IMG/VR virus record: IMGVR_UViG_3300005253_001115
Span: 62,001 to 126,000 of that record
Direction: 5' to 3' (one strand)
Length of the DNA: 64,000 bases
Positions within the stretch are counted from its first letter, which is position 1. Each line of letters starts with the position of its first letter. Shown here in pieces: positions 19,561-33,000 of the stretch. Below the pieces are notes generated by a model, which was given only the letters and a program-made list of their open reading frames with translations, was not told the DNA's origin and ran no database searches. The position numbers and the translations under genes are program-made.

Positions 19561-20259
19561 ATGTCGCTCGATCTAGATGCACTACTGAATGAAGGAAAAA
19601 AGATTTACGTCAAGAACACGTCGCGCCCCATGGGCCACATCGTGTTGACGTTTGTCACTGCCCACGGTAAGGCCGTGCCGCGTAACATCCCCCGAACGTG
19701 GATTCCGATCTGCCTTACGGACACCCTGTCGCCGGATATCATTGCACAGAGCAATGAGCTGCGCCAGTTCCTCAACAAGGGCATTCTCGCCCTGGTTGAG
19801 CCCACGGTTGCGCAAAACGAGCTGAAGACGGCTGACGCCTCTGAAGAGTCCCGGCGACTCAACCTCTCGGACTTCTCCGATAAGGCTGAGGTCACCGAGC
19901 GCACGCTCGTTCTGGATAACCAGTTCACTGCCGAGGCCAACCCCCTGAACCCGATGGAACCTGCGCAACTGGCTGATCCGGTGAATAACCGCGTGAAGTC
20001 CACCCTACTGCGTGTAGAGTCCAAGGACATCACTGAGCGAGAGGCTGTCGCGGAATTCCGCATCATGCAGGGTGAGCTTACCAGCCACGATCTCACCTAT
20101 ATTATCTCTCAGGTAGAGGATGAAGGTCCGCTCAAGCGGTTTTCCTTCGCCGTCCTGTCGGAGCACTCCGCCGCCGTCGCACAAGACGTGGTAGATACCG
20201 ACGATCCGGCCGAAGACCCTGAGGCGCTCGCCGCAGGGAGGTCGCAGCAGGCCGTATAG
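19561..20259 (+). CDS. Hypothetical (likely virion) protein
   Basis: AGGAG SD before ATG 19561. The N-terminal ~80 aa resemble 43028..43291. Confidence 0.75.
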   Translation: MSLDLDALLNEGKKIYVKNTSRPMGHIVLTFVTAHGKAVPRNIPRTWIPICLTDTLSPDIIAQSNELRQFLNKGILALVEPTVAQNELKTADASEESRRLNLSDFSDKAEVTERTLVLDNQFTAEANPLNPMEPAQLADPVNNRVKSTLLRVESKDITEREAVAEFRIMQGELTSHDLTYIISQVEDEGPLKRFSFAVLSEHSAAVAQDVVDTDDPAEDPEALAAGRSQQAV

Positions 20260-20274
20260 AATTAGGGGACAGAC

Positions 20275-21363
20275 ATGGCGGGTGCCGAATTTATCACGAG
20301 CGTTGTAGATAGAAAGAATGGCCCCGGTCTCCTGCGAAGCTCTAAGACCTCCGGGAACCCGGTGTTTGCCCTAGCGGGCAATGCACTGGGTTTCGGGGGC
20401 GGGCTTCTTCCTAATGCTGGGCTTCTTGAGAACCGTACCGACTTCGAGTGGGAGATGGGCTGCATTTCATGGCAGCAGCATAAGCAGCCAGCCGACGCCG
20501 GAGATTTTCCTTACGCAAACGAGCTTGGTGCTCTAGGCTCTCGCCTTCCCGATTTCGTAAACCCCTTCCCTTCTGAGAATATTTCAGAACCGAAGGCGAT
20601 CAAGTTCCGCTGTAACCCATCCGACGTAAGCTGGACGATGCCTCAGCGTACTGTTGAGCAGAAAACTAAGGCGGGCACAGTCCTCCACGCCTGGAACGAT
20701 AACGACCGCAAGTCATACTATGATGAGCCCGTCCTAACGTTCAAGCTCCAAACCGGCAACATTCTACCCACCCGCAGCATTCTCAATCCCCGTGGCGTCG
20801 TACCGGAGGGTTTGGACAACTTCTACGAGTTCATGAGTCTGGTAGATGAAGTGAAGGTTCTCGATGATGGTCGAGCAAATCTATGCTACATTGACTACAA
20901 CAGCCTCATCTTCCCGTCGATTCGGCTTTGGGGCTTCTGGCAGCCTAGCGGAATTTCCTTTTCCGACTCTGCGGCAAATCATGCGCAAGTAAACAGTTGG
21001 ACGGCCTCCTTTACGGTTTACAAGTCCTTCCCGGAACTGGGGCGAAACATTGCGACCACGAACACTAGCGTCGTAGATGGTAGTCAGGCGGGCCAGTCTC
21101 TACGACAAATGTACAACCACCGTTCGGGTCACACCTATTCCAATAAGCGAAGTGAGACGTTCGGATTACTTCAGGACGCAGCGCTCTCCACGCAGGCAGT
21201 CGTAACTGGTCAGGTTGCCCCCAGGGACATCGGGGCCGCAGCTAAAGCCACTATCAACGCTGCCAGCCAGCGAGTTGTCCAGCGCGCCTCCACGGCGGCA
21301 GCAGGTGCCGTTGCCCTTGCAGTTTCCGGTGTACCTAACGCGCCTCGCGCTGGCGGATTCTAA
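20275..21363 (+). CDS. Putative baseplate / tube-initiator-like protein
   Basis: F..NPSDVSW...R..EQKT..G......EP.L.F..QTGN pattern of tube-fold baseplate proteins, in a structural context. Confidence 0.45.
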   Translation: MAGAEFITSVVDRKNGPGLLRSSKTSGNPVFALAGNALGFGGGLLPNAGLLENRTDFEWEMGCISWQQHKQPADAGDFPYANELGALGSRLPDFVNPFPSENISEPKAIKFRCNPSDVSWTMPQRTVEQKTKAGTVLHAWNDNDRKSYYDEPVLTFKLQTGNILPTRSILNPRGVVPEGLDNFYEFMSLVDEVKVLDDGRANLCYIDYNSLIFPSIRLWGFWQPSGISFSDSAANHAQVNSWTASFTVYKSFPELGRNIATTNTSVVDGSQAGQSLRQMYNHRSGHTYSNKRSETFGLLQDAALSTQAVVTGQVAPRDIGAAAKATINAASQRVVQRASTAAAGAVALAVSGVPNAPRAGGF

Positions 21364-21391
21364 TAAGGACCCCAACCGGGCACCCACCCTC

Positions 21392-21814
21392 ATGTTATCT
21401 CTAACCAGGGGATACTCTATTTCCTCTGGCGATGGGAAACTGGCGATGGCGTTTAACGGTTCGAGTCGGATCTATATGGATCTCTCTACAATCGAGCACG
21501 GACTTGAGTGCTCGGATTGTTTGAGATGGTACGTCCCGATTTTTGGGACCGATGATCCCTGCCCGCACTGCAAGAAGCAGGGCGTTCCTACCTACCCCAA
21601 CCGAGTCCGGTACCTAGCTGTAAAGCAAGGGTATTCTCTGCGAGAACTCGCCCGTGAGGCGGATCTTGAGTGGAGAACTGTGCGTTTAATCTCCCAGGGC
21701 CGTCGCGCCCCGCACACAGGTACCAAGAAAAAGATCTTGAAGGCTCTCGGTTCATCTATCAAGAAGAGCGAAATGCAATACGTGTTTCCTCACGACCGCA
21801 GGAGTCAACGATGA
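21392..21814 (+). CDS. Zn-ribbon plus XRE-family HTH regulator
   Basis: CSDC...CPHC followed by NRVRYLAVKQGYSLRELAREADLEWRTVRLISQGRRAP. Start is uncertain. Confidence 0.7.
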   Translation: MLSLTRGYSISSGDGKLAMAFNGSSRIYMDLSTIEHGLECSDCLRWYVPIFGTDDPCPHCKKQGVPTYPNRVRYLAVKQGYSLRELAREADLEWRTVRLISQGRRAPHTGTKKKILKALGSSIKKSEMQYVFPHDRRSQR

Positions 21815-22371
21815 GATTCAATTGGGACATCACGGCGGATTATGATTACGCCTCCACGCAGGTCAACCTTTCGGATGATATTGCGAAACGTATCATGGAC
21901 TGGGGAAAAGAGAATATCCCAGACGAAGAGGTTTACGATACGGACGAGGACAAAGGTCGAGATGACGATCCTCACATTACCATCCTGTACGGCATTGTAG
22001 ACGATGCTCCCCAGCAGGTAATCGACCTGTTGCAGGGAAAGCCCCCAGCTATAGCTACTCTGGGGAAAGTATCTCTCTTCGAGAACGATGACTACGATGT
22101 CGTCAAAATCTCTGTGGAGTCCGAAGACCTAGCCAAGTTCCAGAAGATCCTATGGGATGAGGTAGAGCACGAATCCGATTATCCCGAGTACGAGCCACAC
22201 GTCACCATCGCCTATGTGAAGCCGGGTTCCGGCAGCTTGTACTCGGGAGCCACTGACTTCGAGGGTACGAAAATCACTTTCGATACCGTTGTCTTCTCGC
22301 CCAGTGATGGGGAGAAGACTGATATTCCCCTCGGTGTAGGACTTGCTGCGAGGTTAAGCTGGAGCGTCTAG
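21811..22371 (+). CDS. 2H phosphoesterase (Acb1 / T4 57B-like)
   Basis: AGGAG SD. Two HxT motifs, PHITILYG and PHVTIAYV, about 80 aa apart. Confidence 0.8.
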   Translation: MRFNWDITADYDYASTQVNLSDDIAKRIMDWGKENIPDEEVYDTDEDKGRDDDPHITILYGIVDDAPQQVIDLLQGKPPAIATLGKVSLFENDDYDVVKISVESEDLAKFQKILWDEVEHESDYPEYEPHVTIAYVKPGSGSLYSGATDFEGTKITFDTVVFSPSDGEKTDIPLGVGLAARLSWSV

Positions 22372-27431
<5,060 letters not shown>

Positions 27432-27434
27432 CCC

Positions 27435-28664
27435 GTGGCATCTAGAGCAATTCGCAATACAACCCTATCAGATATTTTTCTGGATGATATTGGGACTCGT
27501 ATTCCTGCGAGCACGATCCTCGAAATTCATCCGTCTAATGTTCAACTGTGGCACAATTCCGCAGACGGCGGCGACGCCGAGCCCTTCATCGACAATGGCG
27601 ACCTAGTTGTTTCTGACGAGAACGGAGATCTTGCCCCAGACCACGGCAAGAGCTTCCTAAAGCTGGACCATGTTCACATCCAGATCAACGGGGTACCGCA
27701 TTACGGGTCCGTTAAGGTCATCAATTTTGAGGGAGCCACAGGCAGCACCGCCGTTGGCTCTATCGTCAACATCTCAGGCTTGCAGGGTGAAACTGGCCTG
27801 ACTGGAAATGTTGGCGCTTCGGGCACTACAGGCACCCAAGGTACCACGGGTGAGACAGGAGCAACTGGAGAAACTGGAGCAACTGGTATCACAGGAGCCT
27901 CTGGTGAAACAGGTGCTACAGGTTCGACAGGACAGACTGATTTTCAAGACGTGATTGTTTTGAATGTAGAAGCACCAGTAGATGGTGATGAGGTCTGTCT
28001 AGAAGCTTTCGCATTCTATCCGTATGAAATTCTTAGCATCGGACAACACACTAGCGTGGGTTACATCGAGACCACAATCAAAGTGGCTGGCGCTACTGTT
28101 GGTGCATTCGAAGAGCTGTCAGCCACAGCAGGGTCTACAGCTACAGACGCAACGGGTGAAACAGGCGTAGCAATCGGTGACGATGTTTCCATCTCGTTCA
28201 CTGGGTCCTCTACAGGCCCCGCCAACTACTGCATGTCCATGAATATTCGTAGGTTGAATCCCCAGGATAACGACTTCATCGGCAGCACCGGAGCAACTGG
28301 CATCGCAGGAGCCTCGGGCGAGACAGGAGCAACGGGTGCCTTCGATATCGAGCAGCTTGAGCTTTATTGGCAGGGTAACCTTTCGAATCTGCTAGTAGAT
28401 ATCACGCTTGTAGAAAACGCCTTCTATACTTTCGACGTGCATGAAGTATGCCGCTCAGTGAGTGCGGGTTCTGCAACATTAGACTTCAAAATCGAAGGAA
28501 CTTCCATCGGTGGTCTTGGCGCTCTGGCTGCAACGGCGGGTTCGACCTGCGCCAGTGAGACTGGTGCCAATAGCGTGGCTATTGGGGAAAAGCTCAGCTT
28601 GGGCGTAACAGGCGTCTCCAGCGGTGCCAACTTGGCTATCTCTATGAAGACGACTAGGACATAA
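27435..28664 (+). CDS. Short-collagen protein with two KTTR-type C-terminal modules
   Basis: GTG start. [11 protein letters not shown]...PAS N-terminus as in 25359; ends LAISMKTTRT. Confidence 0.78.
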   Translation: MASRAIRNTTLSDIFLDDIGTRIPASTILEIHPSNVQLWHNSADGGDAEPFIDNGDLVVSDENGDLAPDHGKSFLKLDHVHIQINGVPHYGSVKVINFEGATGSTAVGSIVNISGLQGETGLTGNVGASGTTGTQGTTGETGATGETGATGITGASGETGATGSTGQTDFQDVIVLNVEAPVDGDEVCLEAFAFYPYEILSIGQHTSVGYIETTIKVAGATVGAFEELSATAGSTATDATGETGVAIGDDVSISFTGSSTGPANYCMSMNIRRLNPQDNDFIGSTGATGIAGASGETGATGAFDIEQLELYWQGNLSNLLVDITLVENAFYTFDVHEVCRSVSAGSATLDFKIEGTSIGGLGALAATAGSTCASETGANSVAIGEKLSLGVTGVSSGANLAISMKTTRT

Positions 28665-28727
28665 GCTAAAGGTAATTCATGACTATCCGACAGCACATAA
28701 CAACCGACAGAAAAAGGTGGAATCAAA

Positions 28728-29606
28728 TTGTCAATTAGACGAGTCATTTTCATTCCGATGCTACCTGTCGAGGCGTTCGACTTCTTCGTGTGGGCGAGTC
28801 CTGCGGTGTTTTGGAATAAAGTCTACAAGATCGACGCTGATGGCACTTCTAACCCGTTTAACTGGGTTGGTGGATCATCCCCTGTTGGTGTGTGTGTTGA
28901 TGAAGAAACAGAGCAGATCTTTTGGACCAGCGGCCAAGTCGGTGGTGCTCAGCGCATCTATGTGTCAAACTACGACGGGACAGGCACTACCATACTAGCC
29001 ACTGGCACACCGAACAGTGCTATACGAGGTATCGACTGCGACAGTAACTTCGTTTATTGGGCCCAACAGTCTGGAACCAATGCTGTCCGTAGATGCGATA
29101 AGGCTGATGGGGCCAACATAATAACGCTAGTAGACCCCGGAACGGCCGCACTGGGGGATATCAAGGTAGATCTTGTAAACAGCCATCTTTATTACACCCA
29201 GGCATCTGGAGGAATCAGAAGGTGCGACCTCGATGGTTCGAATGACGGCAGCATCTTCGGTAGTGGAACCTATATTGTGATCTATCTCGACCCGGATGCG
29301 TCCCACATCTATTACAGTCTTGGTGGTGCCATCAGGAGAGTAAACTATAACGGAACTGGCGATACACTAATCTATGATGCGAGCGGTGGATCTCCTGACA
29401 ACACTGTCATCTCCAGCCTCCAAGTTGATCTGTTTGATGGGAAGATTTATTGGATGGATGCACTTGATCGCAACCACGGAAGGTGCGACCTAGATGGCGG
29501 CAACCCAGATAAGACATGGGGAGACAGTTCCCCAGGGAGCACAATCCCACAGCGTGGCGACATCGCCTATCCAAAGGGAACTTTTTACGCGAAGCCGAGC
29601 CGTTGA
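28728..29606 (+). CDS. YWTD / LDL-receptor class B-like beta-propeller protein
   Basis: TTG start with AAGGTGG SD. Repeats QIFWT, FVYWA, HLYYT, HIYYS and KIYWM, mostly followed by IxRxx(L/Y)DG. Confidence 0.75.
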   Translation: MSIRRVIFIPMLPVEAFDFFVWASPAVFWNKVYKIDADGTSNPFNWVGGSSPVGVCVDEETEQIFWTSGQVGGAQRIYVSNYDGTGTTILATGTPNSAIRGIDCDSNFVYWAQQSGTNAVRRCDKADGANIITLVDPGTAALGDIKVDLVNSHLYYTQASGGIRRCDLDGSNDGSIFGSGTYIVIYLDPDASHIYYSLGGAIRRVNYNGTGDTLIYDASGGSPDNTVISSLQVDLFDGKIYWMDALDRNHGRCDLDGGNPDKTWGDSSPGSTIPQRGDIAYPKGTFYAKPSR

Positions 29607-29610
29607 TACA

Positions 29611-29620
29611 TAGACTAAAG
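29611..29620 (+). promoter_or_regulatory. Putative promoter TAGACTAAAG, 7 nt before ATG 29628
   Basis: Member of the motif family with conserved spacing. Confidence 0.55.
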
Positions 29621-29627
29621 ACCTGTT

Positions 29628-29726
29628 ATGAAACAGACAGACATTGATAGATTTTGGGCGAAGGTTGCTATAGAACAAAGGAGGTCACTCGATGGCTTTA
29701 ACCACAAAAGAGCAGGAAGAGGTTGA
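29628..29726 (+). pseudogene. Truncated HNH endonuclease N-terminal remnant
   Basis: MKQTDIDRFWAKVA... then runs into the SD and start of the next gene. RFWxKV is the typical start of phage HNH endonucleases. Confidence 0.5.
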
Positions 29727-29949
29727 TCGCGCGCTAGTCCTATTGGATGGACTGGACGACGACGACAAGAGAGAAGTAGTTCGCATGGCTTACGCTGCTG
29801 GGCGTGGCGAATTGGAGGCTTGCATCGCAGAGAAGCGCGTGAGGTTGGCAGACATCAGAGCCCGCCGTCGCAAGATCGACGCCATGGCTGCTGTAGTAGG
29901 TATTGACCTAGATCCGCCTAACGAGGGCGCTACGGGGGCTGCTGAATAA
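29692..29949 (+). CDS. Hypothetical helical protein
   Basis: AAGGAGG SD, 85 aa. Confidence 0.7.
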   Translation: MALTTKEQEEVDRALVLLDGLDDDDKREVVRMAYAAGRGELEACIAEKRVRLADIRARRRKIDAMAAVVGIDLDPPNEGATGAAE

Positions 29950-30149
29950 TGGCAACACGCTACAACTTTATCAAAGAGCCCCGTAATGCTTGGCATCGGG
30001 GACTAGTCTTCGTCATCCCAAAAGTAAGCCCCTGGAGTCGATAGCTGTCGATTTACGAGGAAACCAAGCGAACGACCTCTTTCGTGTCGCTTATTGATAT
30101 CGGCGATGACGCTGTAAACGTCACTGCTGATGACATAGTGGATTACTAA
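29949..30149 (+). pseudogene. Collapsed LamG-paralog remnant
   Basis: Three fragments: HRGLVFVIPKV, IAVDLRGNQANDLFRV (shifted frame) and SLIDIGDDAVNVTADDIVDY*. They match 9006 segments HRHQIIIIPNV, IAIHLRGDQANDPISV and TLIDIGDNAENITADDIVTY*. Confidence 0.75.
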
Positions 30150-30202
30150 TTAGGCTCTTATTTTTGAAGACAGGAAAAGACTGATAGTCGAGGAGAACGA
30201 AC

Positions 30203-30442
30203 ATGGACATTAGAGACCTAAGCTGGAAGGAACGTCCGGCAGGGAACACCCTGATAGCTGAGATTGAGAAGCTGGCGGAGGTGGTCAAAGTGCCCGCTGC
30301 CCGGCGTCGAGATCTCAGATGGATGGCAGAGAATGTGCGCGGAATGGCGAACAACGACAGCACGAATGCTTGCGAGGCCAAGGCCCTGCTAAGCTACGTC
30401 GATCTGGCCCTCCAGCAGGGGATCAATTTCTGCGACAAGTAG
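30203..30442 (+). CDS. Hypothetical protein
   Basis: GAGGAG SD. Confidence 0.65.
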   Translation: MDIRDLSWKERPAGNTLIAEIEKLAEVVKVPAARRRDLRWMAENVRGMANNDSTNACEAKALLSYVDLALQQGINFCDK

Positions 30443-30453
30443 ATTATCTCTAA

Positions 30454-30714
30454 TTGGGGTACATTTATATGCTCGCAGAGACACTCAACTGGAAGGTACA
30501 GGCAGACGCTCTCCCGCGCCTGATGAAGCGCCTGCGTGCAGGACGCTATGAGGGGACTTGCAGGAAGTCAGGGAAAAGGGTTAGAATCGACCTAGTTGGG
30601 GAGGAGTGGGAGATGTACATGGGTAAGACGTTCATTTGTTCTGAGAAGTTGAAGAGGGTTGCGTTGAAAAAGGCTAATTATATCCTCAACTCGGAGAACT
30701 GTGAAGATGAGTGA
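30454..30714 (+). CDS. Hypothetical protein
   Basis: 86-aa ORF in operon orientation. Start is uncertain. Confidence 0.55.
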   Translation: MGYIYMLAETLNWKVQADALPRLMKRLRAGRYEGTCRKSGKRVRIDLVGEEWEMYMGKTFICSEKLKRVALKKANYILNSENCEDE

Positions 30715-31150
30715 CCAGTATGAATACAAGTGTGGTAAGCATGGATTTTACACCATAGATCTGGAACGAGAATACGACGGCGAAATCTGCCCCCGCATTA
30801 TGTGTCTCGAATGCGAGCAGGAATCACTAGATCCCGATCCTGATAAAAGGCCCAAAGATATTCCATATTTTTACAAAGGAGAGCTGAAGGTCATTTTGGG
30901 AGAAGCCCATCGCCTCTCTGCTGTCTGGAAGTTCAATCCACCCGTGGTGCATCCAGAGTTTACGTTTGCTGAAGACTTGAGCCCGGTACTCCCCGAGGGG
31001 GCTCTAACGTCGGAAGAAATCATGGCCAAGATGGAAGAAATGCTTCCCCAGGTCGAAGAAATGGCTCAGAACGGTGGATTCAACATTCCCGATCCTAGGG
31101 ATTTGTTGATTCTGCCAGGGAAGGACTTCAGTGTCGGATCAGACGACTAA
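30707..31150 (+). CDS. Hypothetical protein with Cys/His Zn-binding-like N-terminus
   Basis: YKCGKHG...ICPRIMCLEC; overlaps the previous stop. Confidence 0.6.
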   Translation: MSDQYEYKCGKHGFYTIDLEREYDGEICPRIMCLECEQESLDPDPDKRPKDIPYFYKGELKVILGEAHRLSAVWKFNPPVVHPEFTFAEDLSPVLPEGALTSEEIMAKMEEMLPQVEEMAQNGGFNIPDPRDLLILPGKDFSVGSDD

Positions 31151-31835
31151 TTCACCTAAGGTGTATGTTTACGCCTATTTGGACCCCCGTAAACCGGGAA
31201 ACTTTGTGTACGACGGTTCCGCTTTTTCTTACGAGCCGTTTTACGTCGGCAAAGGTAGTATGAAAGCCAGTAAGCGCCATCTTCATCTGGCTAAAGCGCA
31301 CCACGGCGAGAACGAATTCAAAGAGCGTAAAATACGGAGAATTCTTGAAGCAGGGCTAGAACCAGTAATACACCGGGTAGCGGTACAAAACCAGACTGAG
31401 GCTTGTGCTTTAGAAGTAAAGTGGATAAGAACGATAGGCAAAGGCTCAAAAGGCCCTCTAACCAATATCTGGCCAGGAGGAGATTTAGGGCCGGGGCATG
31501 AAACACTCTGAAGAAACCAAGAAGAAACCAAGAAGAAAATGAGCATGGCTCGAAAAGGCCGATGTTTCACGGAAAGCCATAAAGAAGGTATGCGAAATGC
31601 TTGGAAAAGCTCCTACAAGAGAGAACAGGCTGCCGCGCTTGTAGCAAAGAACTGGGTAGTTGTAAGTCCTTTAGGAGAGGAATTAGAAATTACCAACCTG
31701 TACAAATTTTGCAAGGAACATGGGTTGTCTTCTTCATACACGAGTGAAATAGCTAGTGGAAAGAAACTAAAACAAGGTACGAGCCGCGCATACACGCCTA
31801 GGACGTGCAAAGGTTGGTCGTGCAGGAGAGCCTAA
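31131..31835 (+). pseudogene. Disrupted GIY-YIG/LEM-3-like homing endonuclease with NUMOD3
   Basis: YVYAYLDPRK...EPFYVGKG...R..H...E..WI..IG....GPLTN catalytic half. The KHSEETKKKMS linker is broken by an apparent extra base near 31496 and an 11-bp duplication GAAGAAACCAA, giving an in-frame TGA at 31509. Confidence 0.75.
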
Positions 31836-32870
31836 ATGTCAGATGATCTTCCTAATCGCGGCTATATATTCAAGGCCGCGCCTAAATCCGTACAGGAGGC
31901 GGTCTCTCGTGCCAGCCACGATCGCATCAAGTCGATCACGAAGCAGGCTATCCAGCACTACATCCAGCAGTTCATGGATACCACCGGGGTCAAGAGATCC
32001 ATCACAGAGGCCGTAGGGTCGCTCTCTAAGCTGTTTATCACGGACACGGACACCCTGACCACCGATCCTACTTTGAGGCCCACACAGCTCGCTAGGTACT
32101 ATCAGGACATCAAGGAAAGATTGCCTGCAATTTTGATTGTGGACTCGGGGATGGAATACGTAGACCCCGGTCTTAATGTAATTGACCACGCCACCTCATG
32201 GGGCGAGCAGACTGCACTTGGCACCCCGACCAAGTGGCAGGGCCAGTTCCCCATCACCTTCAACATCCCGATTACGATTATTTGTGCTGCGGCTGACCAA
32301 GAGTCAGCAGACGCCCTGGGGGCCTTCCTGTGTCTGGTTTTCGGTCCCCTGAGGAATCTCAGCGGCGGTCAGAGGATCACAGGCAGGGAGGACAAGGGAG
32401 ACACCTGGGAGGTTCGGCTTCCGCTGGATTTCGTTCCGTCTCCCACCACAAACAGCGCTATCGCCGACGATCCCAAGGATTCCGTCTGGGCTATGACGAT
32501 TGACCTAATGGTTCAGTTTGAGGACAGAATCGTTCTGGAGCAGGAAATGGCTGAGGTTGTTTTCGAGGCCGGTAATTTCGTGGTTGGGGACAGCAACCTG
32601 AATGAAAACCTGAGCCCGATCATCGACTTCCCGGACGAGATCAAACTCAACGAGAGCTACCCCATCCGGGTCACGAATCTACAAGACAGGCAACGAGTGG
32701 TCCTATCTGATGGAAAAATCGCCACTTTTGACCCCGAGAGCCTGATTTTGACCCCCAGAAGGCTGGGACACTTCGAAATTCAGGTTTTGGACCGACGACA
32801 CCGCCAGCCCGAAGGAGCCGCGCTGGCCCCGGTAGTCGCCGCAACCAAGCTCGTAAATGTGGTCCTCTAA
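31836..32870 (+). CDS. Putative neck / tail-completion structural protein
   Basis: 344 aa immediately upstream of the sheath. Function is inferred from position only. Confidence 0.5.
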   Translation: MSDDLPNRGYIFKAAPKSVQEAVSRASHDRIKSITKQAIQHYIQQFMDTTGVKRSITEAVGSLSKLFITDTDTLTTDPTLRPTQLARYYQDIKERLPAILIVDSGMEYVDPGLNVIDHATSWGEQTALGTPTKWQGQFPITFNIPITIICAAADQESADALGAFLCLVFGPLRNLSGGQRITGREDKGDTWEVRLPLDFVPSPTTNSAIADDPKDSVWAMTIDLMVQFEDRIVLEQEMAEVVFEAGNFVVGDSNLNENLSPIIDFPDEIKLNESYPIRVTNLQDRQRVVLSDGKIATFDPESLILTPRRLGHFEIQVLDRRHRQPEGAALAPVVAATKLVNVVL

Positions 32871-33000
32871 TTCTTTGTTGGGCTATTATCTATAGCTAGG
32901 GGATATCCGTGTTCCCGTAGAAGGTTTATTCCGCCAGGGCTCTTATGACTCGGGCGCTGACTTAGAGACAGAACAAGCTCTGAACTGAGGGGAACCCTTC

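Noticed and set aside
31509-31511. Possible TGA readthrough or alternative genetic code
   Set aside because: The stop is explained by two local lesions. Other genes, including polA and thyX, end normally at TGA, TAA or TAG with no internal stops.
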